The position numbers were made by a program, and so were the translations under genes. Under the pieces are notes generated by a model. The model was not told where the DNA came from. It did not search any database and worked only from the letters and a program-made list of their open reading frames with translations. From an uncultured Spirochaetota bacterium (lineage in GTDB: Bacteria; Spirochaetota; Spirochaetia; SZUA-6; Fen-1364), in NCBI GenBank assembly GCA_963820525.1, contig CAWGAA010000002.1, positions 192,001 through 256,000 of the forward strand: a DNA stretch of 64,000 nucleotides, read 5' to 3'. Shown in pieces: positions 27,934 to 37,779 of the stretch (the first letter of the stretch is position 1; each line of letters begins with the position of its first letter).

Positions 27934-28539
27934 TCAGCCCGAGTCCCCTTTTTCCGGCTCGGCGGAGAGAGCGAATATCAGCTCCTCCAGCGGACGCTTG
28001 GGAACGTGGTGGGTCTGGGAATCGTCGCGATGGTACGCGATGGAACCCCCGGCGGGCACCTCTTCCACGACGACTTTTTCGGCGGGCTTCCCCAGCGCGA
28101 TCACCAAGAGCGGTTTGAGGTTCTTCGGGAGCCGCAGCGCGCCAGCGAGATCCTCCCACTTGAAATTGGCGAACATACAGCCCCCGAGGCCTTTCTCCAC
28201 GGCGCCCAGGAGGATGGTCTGGGCCGCGATCCCCACGTCGATCTCCGCATCGAAGGTGATGTCCGTGTCATGGAGAACGACGATGTACGCGGTTGGCCTT
28301 TCCCTCTCTTCGGGTCCCTGCCAATCCCGCAGCTGCGCGGCCCAGGTCAGGGTGTCGAAGATCCTGCCGTTCCATGGCGGCGAGAACGAGAGGGCGAATT
28401 TGAGCGGCTGTCTATTCGCCGCCGAAGGGATGTAGCGCGCAAGATCCACCAGCTCGCGAAGCGTCTCCTCCTGGATGACGAAGCTTCCGTCGAATCTTCG
28501 ATAACTTCGGTTCCTGCGAACGAGGCTGCTCAGTTCCAT
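27934..28539 (-). CDS. Nitroreductase family protein
   Basis: NRSYRRF, PSAANRQP, DVGIAAQTILLGA, VPKRPL. RBS AAGGAG. Confidence 0.9.
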   Translation of the reverse strand: MELSSLVRRNRSYRRFDGSFVIQEETLRELVDLARYIPSAANRQPLKFALSFSPPWNGRIFDTLTWAAQLRDWQGPEERERPTAYIVVLHDTDITFDAEIDVGIAAQTILLGAVEKGLGGCMFANFKWEDLAGALRLPKNLKPLLVIALGKPAEKVVVEEVPAGGSIAYHRDDSQTHHVPKRPLEELIFALSAEPEKGDSG

Positions 28540-28701
28540 GGATATCTCCTTCTCACCCCCTCGGGTTTCCTTCCGCGGCCCCTTCCGCCGGCCTCTGGTC
28601 GGTGTCTTCAATGTATAGGAAAGGGAGGGCGGTCGAACAGGACAACGGCGGGCGTAGACGGGAACATCCTTTTTCTGAATAATGCGGCTGCGAAAGTGCG
28701 C

Positions 28702-29817
28702 ATGACGAAGCTTCTCTCCATCCTGTGGATACTCCTGCTCGCCGCCGGCCCCGCGATGGGACAGGCGCCGACCGTCCTCAGGCTGTCATTCATCGGCGAC
28801 ATCATGGCCCATGAGGTCAACTATCTCAGCAAGGACTTCCACGATATCTATCGCGGAGTCGAAGGCCTGCTCACGGCGGACGACCTCACGTTCGCAAACC
28901 TCGAGCTCCCCATCGACGAACGAAAGCCCATCGCCGGATATCCGAAATTCAACGGAAGCAGGGCATACCTGAGGGCCGCGGTGGACGAAGGCGTCGAGGT
29001 CTTCTCCCTGGCCAATAACCATGCCTTCGACCAGGGCGCGGAGGGGATATCCCAGACCCTGATGTCGGTGGCCGCCGTGCGGAAGTCCAGCGGCCGTCCC
29101 GTCTGGGCCTCCGGCATCAGGGAGAACCCGGCGATCCCCTTCTCCGCCATGGAGATCAGGGTCAAGGGACTTCGCATCGGCTATCTAGCGGCAACCCAGT
29201 TCATGAACGAGGCCGGGCCGTGTCCCTCCGTCGATGTGGTGGACTACCTCGATCCCCCTGCGGCGGACCGGTTCGTTTCCCTTGTGCGGGAAGAGAGCAG
29301 GCGTTTCGATGTGTTCATCGTCTCATATCACTGCGGCGCCGAGTATGCGCCGAAGCCAAGCCCCTCGCTTCTGGCCTTTTTCGATCGGCTGCTGGCAAAC
29401 GGCGCGCACGTCGTGCACGGCCACCATCCCCATGTCTTCGAGGGCTGGCGCCTGGTGAAGGTGAAGGGGGAGCTTCGCGTTTCCCTTCCATCAATGGGCA
29501 ACTTCATATCCGGAATGACGTGGGGCATGTCCCCCTTCCCTCCGAGGCCTTTCTTCGCCGCAACCGGGGATTCCGCGATTGTCAGGGTCACCCTGCTCTG
29601 CGTCGGCGGAAGCGTCTGCGTGATCGGCTCCGATGCCGTCCCGATCGCCGACTATAGAAACGCCGGCGGCGAGATGGTTGTGGGCAGGCTCGATGAGCTG
29701 GCTTCGGGAAAGACTCCGCTCTCCGCGGGATGGACGGCGTACTACAGGGAGAGGCTTCGGGAAGTGGCGGGGAGGCTCGAGCCCGCCAGGGAGATCATCT
29801 CCCCTTGGCCACCATGA
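28702..29817 (+). CDS. CapA-family metallophosphoesterase-like exported protein
   Basis: Signal peptide; FIGDIM, ANLELP, SLANNHAFDQG, YHCGAEY, GHHPHV, SMGNF. Confidence 0.85.
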   Translation: MTKLLSILWILLLAAGPAMGQAPTVLRLSFIGDIMAHEVNYLSKDFHDIYRGVEGLLTADDLTFANLELPIDERKPIAGYPKFNGSRAYLRAAVDEGVEVFSLANNHAFDQGAEGISQTLMSVAAVRKSSGRPVWASGIRENPAIPFSAMEIRVKGLRIGYLAATQFMNEAGPCPSVDVVDYLDPPAADRFVSLVREESRRFDVFIVSYHCGAEYAPKPSPSLLAFFDRLLANGAHVVHGHHPHVFEGWRLVKVKGELRVSLPSMGNFISGMTWGMSPFPPRPFFAATGDSAIVRVTLLCVGGSVCVIGSDAVPIADYRNAGGEMVVGRLDELASGKTPLSAGWTAYYRERLREVAGRLEPAREIISPWPP

Positions 29818-30385
29818 TCGCCTCGTTTATCCGGCTTTCTCCATCGGCGAGCTTCTCCTGGATCGTGAGGGCCTTCGCCTTCGCCGCGGCGAAAGCGCCG
29901 GAGGCAAGATCGTTCTGCGCGTCGGCAAGCGCGGTTCTCGTCGCTTCCGCCATGCTCAGGATGTCGGGGTCCAGCTTGACGCCTCTCACCCTCCTGGCCG
30001 CCCACACCTTGCCTTCGAACGCCGGTATGGCGGCAGCGAACCCCGCGATCAGGGCTTCGGCATCCGTCCGGGACTGCAGCTTGGCGCGGGCCGCATCCGT
30101 GGCGGCCTGTTCGGCCATTAACTTTGCCTCGGCGGCCAGTGTCTTCGCCGCATCGTAGCGCCGCATGAGAACGCCTCTTTTGGCCTGGGCGTCCAGCGCC
30201 GCCTGGAGCGTGTCCAGCTTTTCCTGAGCCGCGCGCAGAGAATCAGGCGCGTAGGTAATGACGTCGGGGTCCTTCGCCGACGCCTGGAAGGCCATCGCGG
30301 CGGCGTCGATCTCCGGTTGCGGAGGCTTTTCGCATGATACGAGCGCCAGCATCGCAGAAGCGAGCAGCAGGCCAAGATATTTCAT
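29795..30385 (-). CDS. Ala-rich helical lipoprotein (DUF4398-like)
   Basis: Lipobox-like LVSC; PPQPEIDAA...YAPDSLRAAQ. Confidence 0.65.
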   Translation of the reverse strand: MKYLGLLLASAMLALVSCEKPPQPEIDAAAMAFQASAKDPDVITYAPDSLRAAQEKLDTLQAALDAQAKRGVLMRRYDAAKTLAAEAKLMAEQAATDAARAKLQSRTDAEALIAGFAAAIPAFEGKVWAARRVRGVKLDPDILSMAEATRTALADAQNDLASGAFAAAKAKALTIQEKLADGESRINEAIMVAKGR

Positions 30386-30548
30386 TGCGCATTAGAAGAA
30401 ACTTTTTCCCAGGGTCTGTCAAGACGGGCCGTGCTCGCTTTCCGCTCCTGGAGATCCCGCGGACCGCCGGACGCAAATTCCCTGTTGATTTATCGCGTTT
30501 GAGGGTTATACTTTCGATGAAAGATCCGCTCACCGAGGAGGAGTACAG

Positions 30549-31505
30549 ATGAAGAAGCGCATGATCGTTCTTGCCTCTCTTGGCTTCATCCTTCTGCTTC
30601 TGACCGCGCCGCTTTTCGCCCAGGGCTTCAGCACGGGCAGAATCGGCGGATTCAGGGTGACCATCGTCACCAACGTGCCCAACCCCACGATCACCATTGA
30701 CGATCGCCCGATTGAGGGGAACACGGCAGTGGTGCCTGTGGGCGTGCACACGTTCCGCGTCAGCGCTCCCGGGTTCAATGATTTCGTACAGAGAGCCAAT
30801 GTAAGGGCCGCCCTCACCATCAATGCGCGGCTCACTCCCCAGGGATTTGCGCTCACGATCAACGGCAACGTGCCCGACGCGTCCATTTTCGTCGACGACG
30901 CCCAGATCTCGGGCAACATGGTGGTCGTGCCGCCGGGAAACCACACGGTTCGAATCTTCGCGGACGGCTATCAGGAATACAGCACGGTGGTGAACGTCGC
31001 AGGCCCGATGGTGCTCAACGCCGCTCTTGCGCCCGCGGGATTCCCGCTCATGATCACGGGCAATGTGAAGGGCGCCATCGTATTCATCGACGGCGTCCAG
31101 AAAGGCCCTGTTCCCTATAGGGAGATTCTGCCTCCCGGCAACTATTCACTCTCCGTTCTGGCGCCCGGCTTCCAGAGCTACGACAGGGATGTCATGCTTT
31201 CGGGACCTCTCTCCATCAATGCCAACCTCCAGCCGCTGGCTCCCGCCACCCTCACTTTCCTCTTCCCCCAGGGATTTCTCGGGCCCGGCGGCCGCAACGA
31301 TCGCAACCAGCTCAAGGTCCTCATCGACGGCAAGCCGATCCAGCAGCGGGATTTCGCGCACGCGCGTGTCCCCGCGGGAAGGCATAAGATCGACGTTTCC
31401 ACCGGCGGGATGATGCTGCGCTCCGGAGAGTTCGATTTCGATTCCGGGATGAGCTACACGGTCGAGCTCGTCCTGGATCTGCAGGTCTACGCCAGCGGGC
31501 AGTGA
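30549..31505 (+). CDS. PEGA-repeat exported protein
   Basis: Signal peptide; repeated NVPxAxIxID...PGxHTxRxxAxGY units. RBS GAGGAG. Confidence 0.8.
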   Translation: MKKRMIVLASLGFILLLLTAPLFAQGFSTGRIGGFRVTIVTNVPNPTITIDDRPIEGNTAVVPVGVHTFRVSAPGFNDFVQRANVRAALTINARLTPQGFALTINGNVPDASIFVDDAQISGNMVVVPPGNHTVRIFADGYQEYSTVVNVAGPMVLNAALAPAGFPLMITGNVKGAIVFIDGVQKGPVPYREILPPGNYSLSVLAPGFQSYDRDVMLSGPLSINANLQPLAPATLTFLFPQGFLGPGGRNDRNQLKVLIDGKPIQQRDFAHARVPAGRHKIDVSTGGMMLRSGEFDFDSGMSYTVELVLDLQVYASGQ

Positions 31506-31511
31506 ATGCTG

Positions 31512-31545
31512 AGGCCCGTTTCTCAGGGAAGCGGGCCTTTCTTTT
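31512..31545 (+). terminator. Intrinsic terminator
   Basis: AGGCCCGTTTC-loop-GAAGCGGGCCT followed by TTCTTTT. Confidence 0.7.
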
Positions 31546-31593
31546 CCCACGTTCCTGAAGGGTAATCACCGATACATCCGAAGAGGAGGACAG

Positions 31594-32487
31594 ATGATGC
31601 GCCGTTGCTTTTCCGTTGTGATCCTGCTGCTCTTTGCCCTGACGGCGGGCTACGCCGACTTTGCCCAGACCATCGTTTCCGCGGATTCCCTGCACGACCA
31701 GGGCCAGTATCTCCAGGCGCGCGCCATGCTGCTCGAAGCCGCCGCCTCGGCATCCGCAAAAGAGCAGGCCGAGCTGTATTGGCGCGCCGCCCGCGAAACC
31801 CTCGAGATCGGCGATCAGGCGGACAAGGCGAAGAAGCCCGTCGATTCCGTCCTGAAGATTTTCGAGGAAGGCCAGCTTTACGCGAACATGGCGATGTCGG
31901 CGGATCCGGACAATTGCCTCGGCTATTACTGGAAGTCCGCTCTCATCGGCCGCTGGGGCCAGGTGAAAGGGATTTTCGATTCTCTCGGCCAGGCCGCTCC
32001 GATGAAAGAGCTCCTCTCTAAGGATATCTCCCTGAATCCCCGGCATGCAGACGCGTATTTCGTTTTTGGCCAGCTCTACCGCGAGCTGCCGGGATGGCCG
32101 CTGTCCTTCGGGAACATGGACTACGCCGTCTCCCTGGGACGTATGGCGGTGGATCTGAACGCCGAGCAGGTTCAGGATGGCACGGAAAAGGAGATCATCT
32201 ACAGTTTTGAAACCGAGCTCGCCAAAACGCTGTATAAGAGGAACTGGTCTTCGGCGGCCCGCCTGAGCGAGCAGAAGAACAAGCTGGCGCGTTTTACGGC
32301 GACAAAGGATCTGTTGGAAAAGGGCTGGGCTTACGAGGGAACGGTCCAGCTGCCAAACGTCTCGGACCGCGAGGAGGCCAAGACCCTCGTGAAGGCAGCC
32401 ATCGCCGGACTGGAAGACAAGGCAAACCGCACCGTCTCGGACGACAAGGACCTGGCAACAGCCCGGGATGTCCTGAAGGGCTGGTAA
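31594..32487 (+). CDS. Exported TPR-like helical protein
   Basis: Signal peptide; LYWRAAR, GYYWKSALIGRWG, DAYFVFGQLYRELPG. Confidence 0.7.
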   Translation: MMRRCFSVVILLLFALTAGYADFAQTIVSADSLHDQGQYLQARAMLLEAAASASAKEQAELYWRAARETLEIGDQADKAKKPVDSVLKIFEEGQLYANMAMSADPDNCLGYYWKSALIGRWGQVKGIFDSLGQAAPMKELLSKDISLNPRHADAYFVFGQLYRELPGWPLSFGNMDYAVSLGRMAVDLNAEQVQDGTEKEIIYSFETELAKTLYKRNWSSAARLSEQKNKLARFTATKDLLEKGWAYEGTVQLPNVSDREEAKTLVKAAIAGLEDKANRTVSDDKDLATARDVLKGW

Positions 32488-32558
32488 GGCCGGCTTCAAG
32501 CCCCCGTCAGCTCCGCGGGGGCCGCCCGCCGCGCTCGCTCTCTCCCTCGGACGCGTTT

Positions 32559-33752
32559 TTATCGGTCCGGGAGCCCTCCCGTCCTTTCGCAGGAGACTCG
32601 CCTTTGTCAGCGTGACGCCGCTCATCTTGCGTCGGATCTTGAAGACCGCCTCTTCAACCCTCTTTTTCCTGGAGAAATCCTCGGCGAAAAGCTCCAATTG
32701 GTCCTGGGACTCCAGGGCAACGAGGTTCGACATCCCCACCCCCACCAGCCGGATCGGCGTGCTGCCGTTCCAGCGGGCGTGAAGCAGCTCCCTGGCCACA
32801 TCGTGGAGCTCCTCGGCGGAGGAGACCCAGTGTTTGAGGGACTTCTGCGCGCTCGTCGTGGTGAAGTCGTGATACCGCAGCTTGAGCGCGACCGTCTTGG
32901 ACTTCCAGCCCTCCTCCATCATGCGGAAGACGATCTGGTGGCAGAGCTCGAGCAGCATCCGTTCGATTCCCGTCACGTCCTTCCTGTCCGTCTCGAAGGT
33001 GATCTCGCTGGAGAGCGACCTGCTCTTCGGCTCTTGGGAGAAGATCCCGGGTCCTCTCCCCGCACCACGCCGTGGAGGAATGATGCCGTCCCCTTTCCCA
33101 GGAGGCGGGCCAGCTCCTCACTGCCGAACTCGCGAAGCTGCGCAGTCGAGACGATGTTCAGCTCGGTCAGGCGGGCAAGCGTCTTCTCCCCGATGCCCCA
33201 GAGGTCCTTGAGCGCCAGCCGGTCGAGGAAAGCCTCAACCTCGGCCTGGGTCACCAGCGTCAACCCGTCGGGCTTGCCCGCGTTGGTGGCGAGCTTGGCC
33301 ACGTACTTGTTCGGCCCGATGCCGACCGTTATGGCGAGGCCGGTCTCGCGTTTCACCTCTTCCTTCAGCCCGCGGCCCACCTCAATGGCCGGGCCCAGAA
33401 GTCGCTCTGTCCCCGTCATGTCGAGGAAGGCCTCGTCAACCGAGATCTGCTGCATGTGAGGAGTGTACGTGCCCAGAATACCCATGACCTTCCGCGAGAC
33501 TTCCAGGTACCTCTCCATGCGGACGGGAAGGAACACCCCCTGGGGGCAGCGGCGGTAGGCCTGGGAGATGGCCATGGCGGAGTGGATGCCGAATCTCCGC
33601 GCCTCGTACGAGCAGGCGGACACCACGCCGCGCCTTCCCGGTGCGGCCCCGACGATGACGGGCTTTCCCTTGAGGCGGGGATCGTCGCGCTGCTCCACCG
33701 AAGCGTAGAAGGCGTCGAGGTCCACGTGGAATACGACCGGCGGCGGGCTCAC
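32559..33752 (-). pseudogene. dinB: DNA polymerase IV, frameshifted at about 33045-33051 and apparently again near the 3' end
   Basis: HVDLDAFYASVEQ, CSYEARRFG, ISVDEAFLD, GKPDG, LWGIG in one frame. KSRSLSSEITF...TVALKLRY...IRLVGVG (little finger) is in the -1 frame. Confidence 0.85.
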
Positions 33753-35950
33753 GTCTTCAGCTCCAGGCTTTTCACGTAGTGCAGGTGAGTCTCCGCCTTT
33801 GCGGAGACGGGAAGCACGTCCACTCCGATGAGGGGCGCGTCGAAATCCATGGTGAGGGTGAGGGTGAAGGTCATTCCCGACGGAAGGGTGAGCTGGATGG
33901 GGAGGGGATCGGGGGGAAAGGCGCCGATGAGCAGCCGGTAATCGTGAGCGCTCTCCCGGATGAAGGGGAAGGAGCAATCCAGCAGGATGAACTCGTCGGG
34001 GGAGGAAAGCTTCGCGCTGAGGCTCCGCGGGTTGGCGCCCGAGGAAACGTCGAGGAGCAGGTTTTTCTTGTGGAGGAACTCGCTCTCACGCACCGCCACG
34101 GAGATGGGCACGTCGCGCGGTGGAAGGGCAAGGACACGCCGTGACTGGCGCACCTCCAGCCGCTCTTCGCCGTTTGCGTCCCGCACGACAACTTCCCCGA
34201 TCGGCGCCGGGCTGTCCATCTCCACGGCGTTGGTCTGGGAAGCCTCGTCGATGGTCTGCGTGACGCTGACGGGCTGAGGATGATCCGCCGTGAAGGGAGA
34301 AAAGAGAACGAGAGTCACGATGAGAGCGAGGGAGGCGGCGGAGAAGACTCCGGCGAACAGCGGCGAGCGCGTCCCCCGGCGCAGGATGCCCGGACCGCGG
34401 AAGAGGAGCCCCAAGCGGATGATGAACAGGACAAAGGGCAGGATCAGGCCAGCGATGAGCAGGTTGCCCCTGATCGGGGAGAGGAGGATGAAATGGCAGA
34501 ACGGGAGGGCGGGCATGAGGAAGACCTCGATGAGACCGCGCACGCCCCAGAAAGACGCGGGGAGGAAGAGCAGGAGCTTGGCCCACCGGTTCCTGGTCAG
34601 GGTGGCGAGGAGCACGAAGACGAAGGCCCAGAGAAAATAGAAGCTGAAGGAGATGTTGATCGCGGCGACGACCAGGATATCGGCGAGGAGAAAGAAGATC
34701 GAAGCCGCGGAGTAGAAGCTTCCATTGCGGGAGAAGCGGACGCCGCGCAGGAGAGGGAAGAAGGCGCTGTAGAGCCCGAGGGGCAGGGCAAGCTTCAAAA
34801 GCAGGAAGGTCATGGGAACGTACGTCCAGAGCGAGGGAAAGAGCCTCAAGGCCAGGATCCCCTCCAGAGCGAAGGTGGCGATCAGCAGGAGGAGAAACGG
34901 GATGGCGTACACCGGCAGGATGCTCCAACCATTGCGCAGCAAGGTGCGGATGTACTTCCTCAGTCCCTTCCGCAAGACCAGGGAGTAGAGGAGAATCGCC
35001 GTGACGGCCGCCAGAAGGATCCCGATATAGGCCTTCTCCGTCACGATGAGCGAGGCGCTTCCTTCCTGGAAGAGCAGGTAATGGCGGTCCCACTCTTCGG
35101 GGATCCGTCCGGAGCCCGCGTTCAGGAAATCGGAGAAAAACGTGTCGAAGGAGGAAAGCCGCTCGCCGATGAGCGCGGGATCAACCGCGCCGTATTCTCC
35201 TTCGAGGCTGATGGCGGGATAGCCGGCGCGAAGGTACGGCTCGATGATGGTGGGCTCGCCGGCCAGCCCGAGGCGGAAGACCTGGTTTTCATAGCCCCGC
35301 AGGAGGTAGGGGACTTTCGATTGCCGAAGCGCCTCGACCGAGCGGTTCATGAGCCAGTAGGGGCTCACGATTCCCGTCCCGCCCCCGCGCACCAGCACGC
35401 GGGAGGGCACGGCCCGGAAGTTCAAGTACAGGACCGCCACCCGGTAGTCGGGCTGGAAATCGCTCAGGAAGAGGTTGCTGCCCAGGGGATAATCGGGAGT
35501 GGAGCCGAACTCGGCGCCGAGGAACAGGACGGTCACGGAGACGGGAGGCGGCGCCGCCTTCATCTGGCGAAGGAGCCCGAGGGCCAGGGCGATATTCACC
35601 GCGCCGTCCATGCCCGGCGCGGCGTCGGGCATGTGGTCCAAGGGAACGGCGATGATCATGGTATCCCGGGATGAGCCCACGATATCGACGCGGATGCAGG
35701 AGGAGAAGGAGTGCTCGAAGTCGCTCTGGCTGAAATCGAATGTCGAATACGGGATGCCGTAGGCGCCGAGGCGGGACTCGATATAGGCGAGCGCCCTCGT
35801 GGAGCCGGCAGAGCCCTCCAGCCGCGGGTACAACGAGCTTATCGCCCGCAGATCGTTCGACGCGTCGTCGGGCGGAGCCTCCGGCGCGCTTTGTGAAAAA
35901 ACAAAGGAGGGAAGGGCGGAGAGCAGGGCGAGGACAAGGATCTTCCGCAT
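33749..35950 (-). CDS. Polytopic membrane protein with N-terminal M28-peptidase-like domain
   Basis: Signal peptide, PRLEGS...IIAVPLDH...VLFLGAEF, multiple TM helices, soluble C-terminal domain. Metal ligands look degenerate. Confidence 0.65.
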   Translation of the reverse strand: MRKILVLALLSALPSFVFSQSAPEAPPDDASNDLRAISSLYPRLEGSAGSTRALAYIESRLGAYGIPYSTFDFSQSDFEHSFSSCIRVDIVGSSRDTMIIAVPLDHMPDAAPGMDGAVNIALALGLLRQMKAAPPPVSVTVLFLGAEFGSTPDYPLGSNLFLSDFQPDYRVAVLYLNFRAVPSRVLVRGGGTGIVSPYWLMNRSVEALRQSKVPYLLRGYENQVFRLGLAGEPTIIEPYLRAGYPAISLEGEYGAVDPALIGERLSSFDTFFSDFLNAGSGRIPEEWDRHYLLFQEGSASLIVTEKAYIGILLAAVTAILLYSLVLRKGLRKYIRTLLRNGWSILPVYAIPFLLLLIATFALEGILALRLFPSLWTYVPMTFLLLKLALPLGLYSAFFPLLRGVRFSRNGSFYSAASIFFLLADILVVAAINISFSFYFLWAFVFVLLATLTRNRWAKLLLFLPASFWGVRGLIEVFLMPALPFCHFILLSPIRGNLLIAGLILPFVLFIIRLGLLFRGPGILRRGTRSPLFAGVFSAASLALIVTLVLFSPFTADHPQPVSVTQTIDEASQTNAVEMDSPAPIGEVVVRDANGEERLEVRQSRRVLALPPRDVPISVAVRESEFLHKKNLLLDVSSGANPRSLSAKLSSPDEFILLDCSFPFIRESAHDYRLLIGAFPPDPLPIQLTLPSGMTFTLTLTMDFDAPLIGVDVLPVSAKAETHLHYVKSLELKT

Positions 35951-36092
35951 CGGCGAGGCAAGCATAGGGAATGGGGTGGGGAGCGTCAAGGCGCGCCGAC
36001 GCCGCCGGCCTGCCGCCGCTGCTTTTGTGAAGATGCACGTGAGATCCTGGACTTGCAAACACGGGGGGGATGCGTTACGCTCGATCTACACT

Positions 36093-36602
36093 ATGGACGT
36101 TCTGGCCGAGATCCTCCAGCGCAGGAGCGTGAGGAGCTTCCTGCCCCAGCCCATCGAGAAGGAGCAGCTCGAAAGGATCCTCGAGGCGGGCAGGCTCGCC
36201 CCATCCGCGAAGAACCGCCAGGAGTGGCGCTTCGTCGTGATCCAGAAGAAAGAAGTGCGCGATCGGATCAAGGAGGCTGCTTTCGGGCAGGAGTTCGTTG
36301 GGCAGGCGGCGGCGATCATCGCGGTCTGTACCACCAACATCGACTATCGAATGCCCAACGGCCAGCTCTCCTACCCCATGGACCTGGCGTTCGCCGCATC
36401 CTTCATGGTCCTGCAGGCGGTCCATGAAGGGCTGGCAACCTGCTGCCTGACGACGTTCGACGAGCAGGAGGTGCGCGAGATCCTCACCGCTCCTTTTTCG
36501 ATGCGCGTCGTTCTGCTCTTGCTCATCGGTCACGGGGAAAGCATCCCCGAGCCGACCCCCCGCAAATCCTTGAAGCAGATTTCAGCCCGCGACCACTGGT
36601 GA
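36093..36602 (+). CDS. Nitroreductase family protein
   Basis: RRSVRSF, LAPSAKNRQEW, TPRKSL. Confidence 0.9.
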   Translation: MDVLAEILQRRSVRSFLPQPIEKEQLERILEAGRLAPSAKNRQEWRFVVIQKKEVRDRIKEAAFGQEFVGQAAAIIAVCTTNIDYRMPNGQLSYPMDLAFAASFMVLQAVHEGLATCCLTTFDEQEVREILTAPFSMRVVLLLLIGHGESIPEPTPRKSLKQISARDHW

Positions 36603-36623
36603 GCCCGCGCCCGGCGAGAGCCG

Positions 36624-36962
36624 TCATGCGCCTTCCCCTTGATAGTATTCCACAAGCTTCGCGAAAGGGTCTTCCCCTCCCTCCGCAGGAGGCTCGATGA
36701 TCTCCCCACCCAGGGAGAAGTAGATGCCGTCGCTTTTCACCCACCGCACCCGCAGGCGGAACGAAAAGGGAACCGTCTGAGTGCCGCCGCCCGCCACCAC
36801 GTCCAGCGCGATATCGTCTCCCGGAGCCGCGGGGATGCTCTGGACGAAGGAGAGATGGCAGCCGGTCCGGCTCAGGTCCCGGATGTAGCCCGGCGTCGTC
36901 CTGGCAAAGAGCACTTTCGCGTAGCATTTGACCCGCGGCGATCTTCTCTGTTCACTTCCCAT
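36624..36962 (-). CDS. Stand-alone PilZ-domain protein
   Basis: RxxxR (QRRSPR) and DxSxxG (DLSRTG) motifs. Confidence 0.8.
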   Translation of the reverse strand: MGSEQRRSPRVKCYAKVLFARTTPGYIRDLSRTGCHLSFVQSIPAAPGDDIALDVVAGGGTQTVPFSFRLRVRWVKSDGIYFSLGGEIIEPPAEGGEDPFAKLVEYYQGEGA

Positions 36963-37491
36963 CGCTTTCCTCCCGGGCGGCGATATCCAGCCTGATCAGG
37001 GTGCCCGCGACCCGGTTCGCCCCCCATCGCACGGGGACGTCGCTCGAGTCGAGGAAGAGGAGCTGGAAATGCTCGAAGGTCTTCTTCGCGAGGTAGATTC
37101 CCATGCCGAACCTCTTGTATCCGTTTCTCTTCTGGTAATCCTGGAAGCTCTCGGAATGAATGTCGAGGGTGGAGGGCGAAGCGTCCAGCGGATACGGCAG
37201 GAGCTTGGGGTCGAACCCGCCGCCGAAGTCGCGTATCGCGAAATGGAGACGCCCTTCGGTGAGCGTTATGTCGATGAGGATTTCCCTCGCGTCGCCGCGC
37301 TCCTTGTGCGCCCGGATCGAGTTGTTGACGAGCTCCAGGATTGCGAACTTCAAGTTATCGGGGCTGATACCGGTCTGCGGGATCTCTATCGAGTCGAACA
37401 CATGGATGATGGAGCGGAACTCGGCCTGCGGGTTCACTTTCACGCGAACGGTCCGGCTTCGCTTTCCGTCAACGGAGAGACTTTGGATCAT
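36952..37491 (-). CDS. HATPase_c protein, RsbW/anti-sigma-factor-kinase-like
   Basis: ELVNNSIR (N box), DFGGGFD (G1), GMGIYL (G2); no H-box. Confidence 0.7.
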   Translation of the reverse strand: MIQSLSVDGKRSRTVRVKVNPQAEFRSIIHVFDSIEIPQTGISPDNLKFAILELVNNSIRAHKERGDAREILIDITLTEGRLHFAIRDFGGGFDPKLLPYPLDASPSTLDIHSESFQDYQKRNGYKRFGMGIYLAKKTFEHFQLLFLDSSDVPVRWGANRVAGTLIRLDIAAREESDGK

Positions 37492-37779
37492 GGGCCCTTC
37501 TCAACCAAGGAGTTTGCCTGCATAGAACCTTGGAATTGCATTCACAAACACTATAGGCGAATCTTATCAAATCCACAAGGAGGAGGACGCCGCCGGCGCC
37601 CGCCGCTCGACGCTCCATTGTCGGGCGCGCGCGGCCCGCCTGAAGCTCGATGGAACATGAAGGCAAAACGGCGGAATGCCTTGTGTTGACAGGAGAATCG
37701 CTATAATCTGCCACCATGATGTCTTTGAGGCCGGCACAGCATATGCGGATCTCTCTTGAGGACAAGAGGAAATAGCTGC

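Noticed and set aside
31321..32558. Real 551-aa ORF or long DinB C-terminal extension
   Set aside because: It runs antisense to the well-formed gene at 31594-32487; best explained as a shadow frame after a lost stop.
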